Positions 31,280-42,623 of a stretch of DNA of 64,000 nucleotides are shown here, one piece after another. The translations under genes were made by a program, and so were the position numbers. Under the pieces are notes generated by a model, which worked only from the letters and a program-made list of their open reading frames with translations, was not told the origin of the DNA and made no database searches. Each line of letters starts with the position of its first letter. The first letter of the stretch is position 1. The stretch is from an uncultured Rivularia sp. (GTDB lineage: Bacteria; Cyanobacteriota; Cyanobacteriia; Cyanobacteriales; Nostocaceae): positions 1,984,001-2,048,000 of the forward strand of contig OY762007.1 of assembly GCA_963665115.1 (NCBI GenBank). The letters run 5' to 3'.

Positions 31280-31360
31280 TGGGGGATGGGGGAGAGGGAG
31301 AGGGGGGAGAGGGAGAGGGGGGAGAGGGGGTAGAGGGGGTAGAGGGGGGAGAGGGGGTAG
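31280..31360. repeat. G/A-rich tandem repeat upstream of aspS
   Basis: GGGGG(T/A)GAG-type 9-mers. Confidence 0.8.
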
Positions 31361-31472
31361 ATAAATATTTTTAACCTTTAACCTTTGACCTTTATTACTC
31401 ATTGACTCATATAATATTAAGGTTTTCACAAAAGCTTGAAAATCCCTGCTCGACTACTAAGAAGTAATACTT

Positions 31473-33260
31473 ATGCGAACTTACTATTGCGGCGAAATCC
31501 GTTCATCTAATATCGGAGAAACTGTCACTTTATATGGATGGGTAGACCGTCGCCGCGATCATGGGGGTGTGATATTCTTAGACTTGCGCGATCGCACTGG
31601 CATTGTGCAAATTGTTAGCGATCCACAACGTACTCCTGATTCTTACGAACAGGCGAATGCGCTGCGTTCGGAGTACGTTGTTAAAGTCACTGGTAGAGTA
31701 TCCCAACGTCCTGATGATTCTCTTAATCCCCGCTTACCTACTGGTGAAATTGAAATCTACATTGATAATATTGAACTGCTTAACGCAGTGCGATCGCAAT
31801 TACCTTTCCAAGTTTCTACCGCCGATACAGAACCCGTGAGGGAAGATTTACGGTTAAAATATCGTTATTTGGATTTGCGTCGGGAACGTATGGCGCGTAA
31901 TCTACAGTTACGCCATCAAGTTGTTAAAGCTATTCGTCGCTACCTTGAAGACGAAGAAAAGTTTATCGAAATCGAAACTCCCATACTAACTCGTTCGACT
32001 CCGGAAGGGGCACGGGATTTTCTTTTACCAAGTCGCGTGAATGCTGGCGATTGGTTCGCGCTACCCCAGTCACCGCAACTATTCAAGCAAATTCTTATGG
32101 TATCGGGTACCGATCGATATTATCAAATTGCCCGCTGCTTCCGCGATGAAGATTTACGCGCTGACAGACAACCGGAATTTACTCAGTTGGATATAGAAAT
32201 GAGTTTCATGTCTGTTGAAGAAATTATCGCACTTAATGAAAAGTTGGTCGCTCATATCTTCAAAACTGTTAAAAATATCGATTTACCACCTGCTTTTCCC
32301 CGTCTCACCTATGCCGAAGCAATGGAACGCTATGGTAGCGATAAACCCGATACACGCTACGATTTAGAACTAGTTAATGTCTCGGATTTACTCAAAGAGA
32401 GCGGTTTCAAGGTATTCCGCGATGCTGTTGCTAAAGGCGGAATTATCAAAATTCTTCCCATCCCCGGCGGCGATGTAATTTCTAATGTCCGTATCAAACC
32501 GGGTGGCGATATGTTTAAAGAAGCTAGCGAAGCCGGTGCTAAAGGTTTAGCTTACATTCGCGTCAAAGAAAACGGTGAAATTGATACTATAGGTGCAATC
32601 AAAGATAATTTGAGCGACGAACAAAAGCAAGAAATTTTGCAGCGCACTAATGCCAAAGCCGGACATTTATTACTTTTCGCTGCTGCTGATTCTAATACCG
32701 TTAATAAAACCTTAGATAGACTGCGCCAGTATGTAGCCAAGGAATTTAAATTAATCCAACCTGATAAAATTAACTTACTCTGGATTACAGATTTCCCGAT
32801 GTTTGAATGGAATGCAGATCAAAAACGCCTTGAAGCATTACACCACCCATTCACTGCGCCCCATCCTGATGATTTAGAAGACTTAAAAACCGCACGCGCT
32901 CAAGCATACGATTTAGTCTTTAACGGCTTTGAAATTGGTGGTGGCAGCTTGCGGATTTACCAACGAGAAGTTCAAGAACAAGTATTTGAAACAATCGGCT
33001 TATCCACTGATGAAGCGTACAACAAATTCGGCTTTCTTTTAGAAGCTTTTGAATATGGTACTCCTCCTCACGGTGGTATTGCTTATGGTTTGGATAGATT
33101 AGTTATGTTATTAGCAGGAGAAGAATCAATTCGAGATGTAATTGCTTTTCCCAAAACCCAACAAGCAAGTTGCTTATTAACAGATGCACCTTCAGCTGTA
33201 GATACTTCTCAATTGAAAGAGTTGCACGTTGCTTCTACATTCAAGCCCAAATCCAAATAA
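31473..33260 (+). CDS. aspS: Aspartate--tRNA ligase
   Basis: [61 protein letters not shown]. Confidence 0.99.
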   Translation: MRTYYCGEIRSSNIGETVTLYGWVDRRRDHGGVIFLDLRDRTGIVQIVSDPQRTPDSYEQANALRSEYVVKVTGRVSQRPDDSLNPRLPTGEIEIYIDNIELLNAVRSQLPFQVSTADTEPVREDLRLKYRYLDLRRERMARNLQLRHQVVKAIRRYLEDEEKFIEIETPILTRSTPEGARDFLLPSRVNAGDWFALPQSPQLFKQILMVSGTDRYYQIARCFRDEDLRADRQPEFTQLDIEMSFMSVEEIIALNEKLVAHIFKTVKNIDLPPAFPRLTYAEAMERYGSDKPDTRYDLELVNVSDLLKESGFKVFRDAVAKGGIIKILPIPGGDVISNVRIKPGGDMFKEASEAGAKGLAYIRVKENGEIDTIGAIKDNLSDEQKQEILQRTNAKAGHLLLFAAADSNTVNKTLDRLRQYVAKEFKLIQPDKINLLWITDFPMFEWNADQKRLEALHHPFTAPHPDDLEDLKTARAQAYDLVFNGFEIGGGSLRIYQREVQEQVFETIGLSTDEAYNKFGFLLEAFEYGTPPHGGIAYGLDRLVMLLAGEESIRDVIAFPKTQQASCLLTDAPSAVDTSQLKELHVASTFKPKSK

Positions 33261-33311
33261 CTTTTGAGGATATGACGATTATTTAGGATGTATCTGCCAT
33301 TTTGAGCTACT

Positions 33312-33336
33312 CCGCCCTTTATAAAAGGGCGGGTTC
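33312..33336 (+). terminator. Hairpin after aspS
   Basis: CCGCCCTTTT-AT-AAAAGGGCGG. Confidence 0.65.
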
Positions 33337-34301
33337 AGGCATTTGTTATGCATCCAGATTAACCAAATATATATAAATGATATCTAAGCAACTTGATATT
33401 AGCTTGATAACTGTATTCATTTATAAACAAGATTAATTATTATACACCATATAAAAAATAATTAATGTATTCTAAACATCCTATTTAAATATTGTAATTT
33501 GCAGCCTTTGTCTAATCAGAACTGCTTTTATAATCGTTTATATTCACGAGGATGTTTGTTTTTTGATCAACTGTATACATTTATTCAAAAGTAATTTCTA
33601 TAATATATGTAGCATAAATAAAAGTAATGCATGAGAATATTGTCAGAAAAGCATCCAATACTTAAATCAAAAAACTGACAATTATTGCTTTTATTACTTT
33701 ATCAAGACATAAATCTATCAAAAGTTAGATTTCAAATATTTCTATAGTGCATTGCTTCCTTGAAAGCAAGATTATAAAAATCTATTTGAAACAAATTATC
33801 AAGATACTGTATAATTACTGACAAGAATGTAAATAGTTTTCTCAACAGTTAAAAAAAATATGTGTCGCAAGCTTCTTCCAAGACTTGCTATCTGTTGAGA
33901 AGAGTATTTATACGTTTAATGTCAAGATATTATAAAGTTAATATCAAGATATTGTGAAGTACTAAGTAAAGGTATTGTTACCTGGTCGCAAGCATTGTTA
34001 ACATTTCGATATGTAAAAAAAAATACAAAGGGAGGAGCAATTATTTAAGGTCTGCTAAAGTACAGTTGAACATAGTTAATGTTTTGTTAACTCTGATGAG
34101 AGAAATATCGGTTCTCCTCATTATGCTTAAACAGCTTTAATGGTATTCAGACCTAACTATAGTTTTCACTTTGCTTTAAATTAAAATTATGCATTTGAGA
34201 TGATTTACAAAGTTCCAAACTTTGTATGTTTGCATCTTTATTGAAAATTTGATGCGTAATCATTTAGTCAATGTATTTTTGTATTCTTAATTGCATTTTA
34301 A

Positions 34302-34419
34302 GACAATCAATTTACGTTTTCATTCTTGAGTTGGGCTTTGACGGTCTAGTGGATCTCAGTCCCTCTGAAACTGTCTTGTATTAATGCTGTAAGTTGATTA
34401 TTACAGCAGTAATGAGGGT
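34302..34419 (+). promoter_or_regulatory. Structured leader motif, copy 1
   Basis: GACAATC-N17-TTGAG then hairpin GGGCTTTGACGGTCTAGTGGATCTCAGTCC (34333-34362) and second stem TGCTGTAA/TTACAGCA. Confidence 0.6.
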
Positions 34420-34929
34420 ATGATTTTAAATAGATATCCGTAGTGATGAAATCCAAGCGTAGTATATTTACGATCTCAAATGAAAACGGCAATAAAGAAT
34501 ATTATTAATTGGCATTGCTAAAAGAGATTGAGGCTTATTTGATTTGAAAATATTGCAAAATTGATAATTTATATTTCATGCATTTATCACGAATAAATTG
34601 CTTGCAAAGAAATATACAGATACTGTATGATTACTGTAAATAATTTTTTTTGGGATTATAAAGAAGCACCAAAAAACTAAATTGGTACATACAAAAATTA
34701 GGAAGGGAAGCTTATGTCTTATGACTGAGATTAGGTATAGATTACCATTTTTTGAATACTAATTCAATTGCATTTATCTGTACTATTAATGAAATTGAGA
34801 TGCTTGATTAATTTTAAGATAGGAGCAGTAAAATCTTGAACGGAAGAACAGTTTTAGTTTGGTAAATCCCTCGAGAAGAAGGCACTTAGCAAATAAATAT
34901 CTTAAGCTGCGTTCGGGATAGTCAAATAT

Positions 34930-35036
34930 GACAATCGAAACATTGCATTAATTTTGAGCGGGAATGGGGCTTCGATGGTCTAATGGATCTCAGCCCTTTC
35001 GCGAGCCTTTGCTGTATTTTTGCGAGCAGAAAAGGT
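34930..35036 (+). promoter_or_regulatory. Structured leader motif, copy 2
   Basis: GACAATC-N17-TTGAG then hairpin GGGCTTCGATGGTCTAATGGATCTCAGCCC (34967-34996) and second stem CCTTTGCT...AGCAGAAAAGG. Confidence 0.6.
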
Positions 35037-35207
35037 TGAATAATATCTTCTGTATGGAGTATAAATTATAAAATTGCGTGCATCTGCTTTCCGTCTGAGT
35101 AAAAAGTTAAGTTAGGCGTATTCCTTAACTTAAGTGTAAGAAGCCTGCCTAGTTGGAATTTATTCAAATGCAGCTTCTTTAAAGACGTATAGTTATCGGA
35201 TGAAAGT

Positions 35208-35660
35208 ATGTGTATGAAAGATTTTAAATTGCTTAAAAGATGCGATCGCAATCGAAAGCGTTCTAAGAGAAGGGCTATATACTGCCCCGTTCATGGGTGC
35301 TATTTACACAGCGTCAGCCAAAAATATAGATTATTTTCTTCCTGCCCCAGACAACTTCAACAAAAAGGAATAGGACGACAGAATGCCAAAATATTGATAG
35401 CAAGTCAAACCGCAGTAGTTTTAGAAGATGAATGGTTAGAAGCATTTTGGTGCGATGAATGTCAGCAAACAAAATGGTATAGAGTTGAAAAGCTTGGTAA
35501 AAATTCGGACAAAAATGCTGGTCAAACTTCATATTCGATCTCTTTAGCACCAACTCAATTATGGGAACAAGCTATAGGAGTAGATGAAGCCAGAGGTAAT
35601 CCCAGTGTTAGCGAATTTACTCGCAGACATGCACGAATGGCGAGCTATGAAAATCTCTGA
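35208..35660 (+). CDS. Uncharacterised basic Cys/His (putative Zn-binding) protein heading the EPS cluster
   Basis: RNRKRSKRR, CPVH, EWLEAFWCDEC, LWEQ, GNPSVSEFTRR. Confidence 0.8.
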   Translation: MCMKDFKLLKRCDRNRKRSKRRAIYCPVHGCYLHSVSQKYRLFSSCPRQLQQKGIGRQNAKILIASQTAVVLEDEWLEAFWCDECQQTKWYRVEKLGKNSDKNAGQTSYSISLAPTQLWEQAIGVDEARGNPSVSEFTRRHARMASYENL

Positions 35661-35860
35661 AAATCGTGCATTAGAATTCACCTAAGAAGTTTGAAGGAAC
35701 AGTTCAAGATTCAAATAAGACAAATATTTTTCATCAGGGTTTAACTTAGTAACTAATTTGATATATGCTAGCTTCATTCAACTTCTTGAATTCTAGGAAC
35801 AGCAGATTAATATAATCTGAAATATTGTTAAATAGGGCATAAGGCATAAGAGGTGTTACT

Positions 35861-37374
35861 TTGAACAGGAATCCGTTTGTAAAGTTAAAAAACGGGAAAA
35901 TAGTTAGCGTTGAACATCCAACAACAGCTTCTTTTAACGAAACCCCAGCTAACACGAAAAAAAGGCAAGTAGTGCCCAAAGTGTCAGGAATATTTTATAT
36001 ACTTACCTTGATATTAGTGAATGCGGGTATTTGGAGTGGAGCTTTAATGTATTTAGCTACAGCCAAACCAAAATATATCAGTGAATGGGCAGTTAACATT
36101 CCTGGTAGTGGTTCAACCTCTAATATCAACCTTCCCGATATTGGACAAGCAACATCCCAAAACTATTCAGCTTATGCCGGAGCAAATTACGATCCTAGAG
36201 AAAACTATAAGGCGATCGCCACCAGCGATCAAGTATTAAAAGCTGCCGCTAGAATCGTGAATATGCCACCAAAAAAGTTTGGCAAGCCGCGAGTTAAAAC
36301 AGTTGACAATACATCCTTAATGAGGTTTGAGCTTAAAGGTTCCAATCCTCAAATAGCAAGAAGAAAATCTATAGCTTTACAGAATACATTTGAAGCTAAA
36401 TTAGAGCAGTTAAGAAACGAAGAAATAGCTCAGCAAAGAGTACGCTTAGAAAATGGGATGGAAGCGTCGCGGCGAAATTTAAAAACTGCTCAAAGACGGC
36501 TTAGTAATTTTAAAGCTGCTTCGGGTTTAAATTCCGAAGAACAACTGAAAAGTATGGCAATTAATATCGAAGAGTTACGCAGACAGCGTAGCGAACTAGC
36601 AGCCCAACAGCAACAGTCCCCCAGGCTCAGGTTTCGGAATTATCCGATAATCTAAGTTTGTCTTCCAACCAAGCTTCCAATGCTTTTGTTTTGCAAGCCG
36701 ATCAACTTTTTCAGAATTATTTGAAAAGTTATAGCGAAGCCAATAGCGATTTAATCAAAGCCAGCGCCAAATTAACTAAGATCCATCCAACGGTTATTAA
36801 CCTCCAAACAGAGCAGCAAGCAGCCCAAATTGCTCTTTTGGACAGAGCGCAAGCCCTTTTGAACCGTCCGATAAGTATGTCGTTAGTTAATAGACTTAAC
36901 TTCAGTAATAATGAATCGTCTGGTTCTAAACGCGCTATTCTGTCAGAGCAATTGGTGACAACAAACGTCGCAAAGCAAGGAATAAAGGCTCAAGTGAATT
37001 CTTTAGACTCACTAATTCCTCAGCTAGAAGATAGGTTAAAAAAATTATCGCAGCAGCAGTCCATCATGGAGGACATAAGACGAGACGTACAGGTTGCCGA
37101 AGCAGTATTTTCATCAACTATTGCAAAATTAGACTTGGCAAAAACCAGCGTTTCTTCTTCTTATCCAGAAATTCAGATTCTTGCCACACCCAGTTTACCA
37201 GAAGAGGCATCCGGACCGAGAACAACCTTGGTTTTGCTAGGTGCAACATTAGGCTCTTTATTCTTTAGTAGTGGAATTATTGGATTATGGAGAGCTAAAC
37301 TGCAACAGCAAAAACAAGAAAAACACCTTCAAGAATATATAGAATACCCGGAATTTGTAGAAGATCATTACTAA
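35861..37374 (+). CDS. GumC/Wzc-like polysaccharide co-polymerase without kinase domain (frameshift at 36618-36622)
   Basis: N-terminal TM, PKYISEW, long coiled coil, HPTVINLQ, YPEIQILATPSLP, C-terminal TM. Confidence 0.85.
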
Positions 37375-37377
37375 AGC

Positions 37378-38638
37378 ATGAAACCCCAAAACTTTGAAGA
37401 AAGTTTAATTTGGTACGTACTTATCGGCACCTATGGTATCTACGCATTAGGATTAGTGTTTCCCGTTTATTCGGCATTGGCATGGGTATTAAGTGGATAT
37501 TTAGTTTTTAAAATTTTGCTGCAAACTAAAAAAACTCCACCCGAAGAAAGAATTCGTATTCCGTGGATAACATGGCTGTGGGGAATTTGTTCGCTAATTA
37601 CTTTAGTGGCAACTTATGCCGGTATTACAGATTTTAATTTGGGAAGAACTGCTCTTTTAAGAGCCATTTTAGGTTGGTTGATGAGTACGGCAGTCATACC
37701 CTTGTTTCTCCTCTGCGGCTGCTTAAATATCAGACCAAAACTTATTTATCGAGCGGTATGTATATTATGCTTGCAAAGTTTAATCGCAATTCCGATTGCT
37801 TATGCAGCCTATGCCGCAAATCTACCAGGTATTCTTTATACATCTCCCATTGAAAGATTGATTCAAAATGGACCGATTTTTTATAACGTCGGATTTTACA
37901 CGTCAGATTATGGCATTGATAACGTTCGTTTGTTTTTGTTTACTCCCTGGTGTCCGGCTTTAGGGTCTTGTTAGCAATGTGTTCTTTTTTATGGTGCTGC
38001 AAGAGTCAAATAAAAAATGGAGATACATTGGCATAGTTGGCGCGATCGCGATGAATATTGTATCCCTTTCACGAGCCGCTGTTGTTTGTCTACCACTAGT
38101 ACTAATTATTATTTGGGGTTTGAAAAACTTTACTAATCCGAAGATGCAAATTGCTGCTGGAATTGCTAGTTTCATTGCCGGGATTTTTAGTACCTCACTG
38201 ACAAATGCTGCTACAGATTTTGTCGATACATTCTACAGTTCGAGAGCCGATTCTTCAAGAGTTCGGGCTGCTTTACAAAGAGTAGGAATAGAGGGTTGGA
38301 AAGAATCTCCTATCTGGGGTCATGGAACTCAAAAACCTGGGCCACCAGTGCTGGCAAATTTACCAATTGGTTCTCATCATACCTGGGTAGGACTCTTGTA
38401 TACGAAAGGATTAGTTGGCTTCATGGCTTTACTAATACCTGTGTTATGGAGTTTTATTGAATTAGTTCTCAAGGCTCGTCATAGTAAACTTGCCGAAACA
38501 TCTTTGAGCATTTTACTTGTACTTCTGATATTCTCTTTTGGAGAACAAATAGATGTTTTAGGGTATATTTGTTGGCCTGGTTTAATAACTATGGGAATTG
38601 CCTTCAAACAAAAATTTTCTCATCCTATTTCCGCTTAG
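37378..38638 (+). CDS. O-antigen ligase/Wzy-like polymerase (frameshift at 37963-37965)
   Basis: MKPQNFEE, multiple TMs, RLFLFTPW-PALG-LV, SLSRAA, PIWGHG, GSHHTW. Confidence 0.85.
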
Positions 38639-38894
38639 TATTGTTTCCTAAGAAGGTTTACAGCTTGCATCTATCTACTTTTAACGCTCTAAAATAACTC
38701 ACAGATAACCGTATTCTAAATACCGTAGACTCAACAAAAAATAGTATCCCTGTTTGACCGTTAAAAAATATATTTCCATCGGTCATTTTTGACTATTATG
38801 GTTCTTAAGTATTCTCTAATTAAAGTAATAAAATTAAATGCTATCCCGCTCGTTCTACTCAATATTAAATAAATACAGAAATATCTAAAAATAG

Positions 38895-40193
38895 ATGATA
38901 ATTGAAAAGATTAGGCAACAGTTGTCAAACCAATTCATTCGTAATATTGGTTGGCTTGGAGGTGCCGAATTAATAAATCGTGTATTCCGTTTAGGAGCAA
39001 CAGTAGTGCTAGCCCGCGCTCTGAGTCCCCAAGACTACGGATTAGCGGCAGTTGTTTTAACTATAAATGAATTTACAACAGTTTTTACCCTCAGAGCCGG
39101 AATTGGGGGCAAAATTGTTCAAGCTGATGAAGAAGATGTAGAAGTCTTTTGCAATACAGCCTACTGGTTAAATTGGATTTTATGCATTTCATTATTTTTA
39201 ATTCAATGCATTGCGGCTTTTCCTATTGCATGGTTTTATAACGAAGAAAAACTAATATTACCACTTTGCGTATACAGTTTAGTCTACTTAATGTTACCGT
39301 TTTTCGCCGTTCATAATGCATTGATAGATAGAGCCAATAGACTAAAAATCACGGCAATAAGTACGGCAATTCAGTCAATGTTGAATAACATTCTTATTCC
39401 AGCATTGGCGCTTTCGGGTATGGGTATGTGGGCTTTAGTATTACCTGGGCTTTTTACAACTCCAGTATGGATAGTAGTTACCCATCTTAATGAACCTTGG
39501 CGACCTAAAATGTCTTTTACTCTTAAAAGATGGAAAGAAATAGTTTATTTTGGGAAAGACATACTCGGTTATGAATTATTAGAAAAATTCCGGTCAAATA
39601 TTGACTATTTATTAGTGGGAAGAATTCTGGGAGTTGAAGCTTTAGGAATTTACTTTTTTGCATTTAATGCTGGTTTAGGTATCAGTCTAAATGTTATAAA
39701 TATCATGGTTTGGCCGCTTTACCCTCATCTTTGTGCTGCCAGAAATAACTTTGATGAATTTAAACACAAATATTTTCACAGTCTCAAAACCATCGGCTTG
39801 GTGATAATTCCTTTAGTTATTCTTCAGTCGAGTTTAGCTCCATTTTACGTACCGATTGTTTTTGGTGAAAAGTGGACAATGGCTGTGCCCATATTGGTAA
39901 TAATTTGCCTTTCTGCTTTACCCCGCCCTTTCGGTACAGCAGCGGCTTTATTACTACAATCTCTAGATAAAGCTTGGATTAATTTGCGCTGGAGCGTACT
40001 ATTTACTGCAATATTTCTTACTTCATTATTAATTGGTATGAATTGGGGAATTTATGGAGTAGCAGTATCCGTATTAGTTTCTCACGCAATCGCAATGCCA
40101 ATGTTTACCGTTTGGGCAACAAAATTTGTATTCGCCAAGGATTCGGTAGTGTTTAAGCGATCAAAGCGAAAGATCGAGTCTTCTAATCGTTAA
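38895..40193 (+). CDS. Wzx-type polysaccharide flippase
   Basis: LARALSPQDYG, NIDYLLVGRILG-EALGIY, FGEKW; about 12 TMs. Confidence 0.9.
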   Translation: MIIEKIRQQLSNQFIRNIGWLGGAELINRVFRLGATVVLARALSPQDYGLAAVVLTINEFTTVFTLRAGIGGKIVQADEEDVEVFCNTAYWLNWILCISLFLIQCIAAFPIAWFYNEEKLILPLCVYSLVYLMLPFFAVHNALIDRANRLKITAISTAIQSMLNNILIPALALSGMGMWALVLPGLFTTPVWIVVTHLNEPWRPKMSFTLKRWKEIVYFGKDILGYELLEKFRSNIDYLLVGRILGVEALGIYFFAFNAGLGISLNVINIMVWPLYPHLCAARNNFDEFKHKYFHSLKTIGLVIIPLVILQSSLAPFYVPIVFGEKWTMAVPILVIICLSALPRPFGTAAALLLQSLDKAWINLRWSVLFTAIFLTSLLIGMNWGIYGVAVSVLVSHAIAMPMFTVWATKFVFAKDSVVFKRSKRKIESSNR

Positions 40194-40309
40194 AATTGTC
40201 CCTATTCCTAACTCTTATCAAAAAAGGAGATAATAACTTGCACTTGCATTTATAATACGAGCGCACATTTTCTGTTGCCTATTCCCAATTTTCTTTCCCA
40301 ATAAAAATC

Positions 40310-41252
40310 ATGAGTTCAGCATTTACAGTAGTTATGCCAGCTTACAACGCTGCTGCATATCTATCACAAACAATCGAATCAGTCTTAAGTCAAACCTTTA
40401 CTAATTTTGAACTAATAATTATCGATGATGGTTCTACAGATGATACTACTGCGATCGCCGATAAGTACCAAAAAATAGATAATAGAGTAAAAGTTTTATG
40501 TCAATCCAACCAAGGAGTATCGGCAACTCGTAATAAAGGAATTAATCTTTCTAAATCCAAATACATTGCTTTTATTGATGCAGATGATAAATGGTTCCCC
40601 GAAAACTTAAAGTTCCATTTTGAGCATTTGGAAAAAAATCCTCATTTAGGTGTTAGCTATGCAAAAGTAGAATTTTTACATCCAGACGGAAACCATACTG
40701 GAAAAATTGCTAGGGGGACGTTTAACCAAACTACAACCTCAGCATTTGTTGTATGAAAATCCCACGATGACAGTATCAAATATCGTGGTTCGTCGGCAAG
40801 TATTTGAGGAAATCGGCTGCTTTGATTGCACCATGAGCTATTCAGAAGATATGGATTTTCTGTTTCGGGTTGCCTGTAGCCCTTGGGAAATTGAAGGAAT
40901 CGACAAAGTATTATTGGGGTATAGAACAACACACGGAGGACTATCGTCGCAGCTTTACAAAATGGAAGAGGGTTGGGAAACTTTGATGAATAAAGCTAGA
41001 GCAAAGGCACCCGAGCTAATCGATCAACATTATAGTAAAGCTAGAAGCAATCATCTGCGATACCTTGCCCGTAGAGCTTTCCGCTTGCGTCTTTCCCCTA
41101 AGATTGGAGTTAATTTTTTAAATCGGGCATTAAGCTCAGATTGGCGATTAGTAATAAGAGAACCAGGGACAACTCTGGTTACAATCGTAGCAGTTTATGG
41201 GGCTCAGATTCTAGAATATGTAAACTTACGTAAATTTTCTCCATCAGTGTAA
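40310..41252 (+). CDS. Glycosyltransferase family 2 (frameshift at 40713-40717)
   Basis: VVMPAYN, IDDGSTD, FIDADD, SEDMDF. Confidence 0.9.
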
Positions 41253-41354
41253 AGATTAGATGAAAGTTTTATTTAATTTACATATGTTTGCTAAATAGCA
41301 GATTTCATAAAGTATCATTTATTACTGGAGGCATCTTGTAGAAAATGAACTAAC

Positions 41355-42359
41355 ATGAAAATATGCTATTTGATTCAGACTTATAAGAATCCAGAACAAA
41401 TATACAGACTTGTCAAATTAATTAAGAATACAACTTCCAATTCATTTATAGTTGTTAGTCATAATTTTAATAGCTGTAATTTAAATATCAGCTTATTCAA
41501 AAAACTAAAGAATGTTGAAGTAATTCCTAATAATGGAGTGATGATGGGTAGCTTCGGCATTATCCAAGGTTTTTTTGATGCTATTGGTTGGCTATTAAAT
41601 CAAAAGATTCAATTTGACTGGCTAATTAATTTAACAGGTCAAGATTACCCCACCCAACCTCTTTGCAAAGTTGAAAATCTTTTAGCGAATACAAACTATG
41701 ATGGTTTTGTAGAGTATTATGACGTTTATTCCAAGCAAAGTCCCTGGAGTAAAAAAGTAGTAAATACCAGATATTTATACAGTTATAAACATTTTAAAGA
41801 ATACTTATCGCCTCGGCAAAAGTATATGTTAAGACCGATTAAATATATAGTTAACAATTGCCAGCCTTTTGTTCGACTAGATTATTCTTATGGATTGATA
41901 GTTGGATTTAAAAACTTCTATAAATTCTTCGACAAAGATTTTATTTGCTATGGGGGTTCTTATTTTAGTACAATTTCTCAAAAATGCGCGATTTATCTGT
42001 ATGAGTTTGTTCGAGAAAATACCCAAATTATGGACTATTACAAAAAAACTTTTATTCCGGAAGAGTCTTTATTACAAACCATTTTAGTGAATAGTAAACA
42101 ATTCAAATTGTACAACAATAATTTTCGCTATACTGATTTTGCTAGTAGCCGTCACGGACATCCACGCATACTAACTAGCAAAGATTTCCCGGCGTTAACA
42201 CAAGATAATATTTATTTTGCTCGTAAGTTTGATATGAATGTAGACAGCACAATCTTAGATAAACTCGATCGCAGAACACTTACAGATAAAGTGATTGATA
42301 TACCTCCGACTAAATTTAGAATTGAGGAGAATAATTTCATACAATCAATCAAACAATAA
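41355..42359 (+). CDS. Core-2/I-branching (GT14-like) glycosyltransferase
   Basis: ICYLIQTYKNPEQ, LTGQDYP, GGSYF, PEESLLQT, FARKFD. Confidence 0.88.
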   Translation: MKICYLIQTYKNPEQIYRLVKLIKNTTSNSFIVVSHNFNSCNLNISLFKKLKNVEVIPNNGVMMGSFGIIQGFFDAIGWLLNQKIQFDWLINLTGQDYPTQPLCKVENLLANTNYDGFVEYYDVYSKQSPWSKKVVNTRYLYSYKHFKEYLSPRQKYMLRPIKYIVNNCQPFVRLDYSYGLIVGFKNFYKFFDKDFICYGGSYFSTISQKCAIYLYEFVRENTQIMDYYKKTFIPEESLLQTILVNSKQFKLYNNNFRYTDFASSRHGHPRILTSKDFPALTQDNIYFARKFDMNVDSTILDKLDRRTLTDKVIDIPPTKFRIEENNFIQSIKQ

Positions 42360-42393
42360 TATTTGATTTGTCACCGTTAATTATAATTAAAAT

Positions 42394-42425
42394 AGCCCCC
42401 TTTATTACGAAGTAATGGGGGTTTT
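42394..42425 (+). terminator. Intrinsic-terminator-like hairpin inside the EPS cluster
   Basis: AGCCCCC-TTTATTAC-GAA-GTAAT-GGGGGTTTT. Confidence 0.6.
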
Positions 42426-42623
42426 GAAGTCTCTATTCAAAAATCCAGGAATACTTAATTCTTGGGAACATTCCAATTTTGCAAAAAGTCCTCAGATTAT
42501 AAGCGTGGGGTAAAATATTTGTTCAGAATTGGGATACTCGCTAATTATTTTTTAATTATTATCGATGATATTTCCGTTACAATTAGCTATAAAACATTTA
42601 CAACTAATAATGGAAGTAAAAAA

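Noticed and set aside
34333..34362. tRNA, tmRNA or c-di-GMP riboswitch identity for the duplicated hairpin
   Set aside because: No cloverleaf, T-loop or CCA, and no GEMM GAAA-tetraloop/receptor pattern; left as an unassigned motif.
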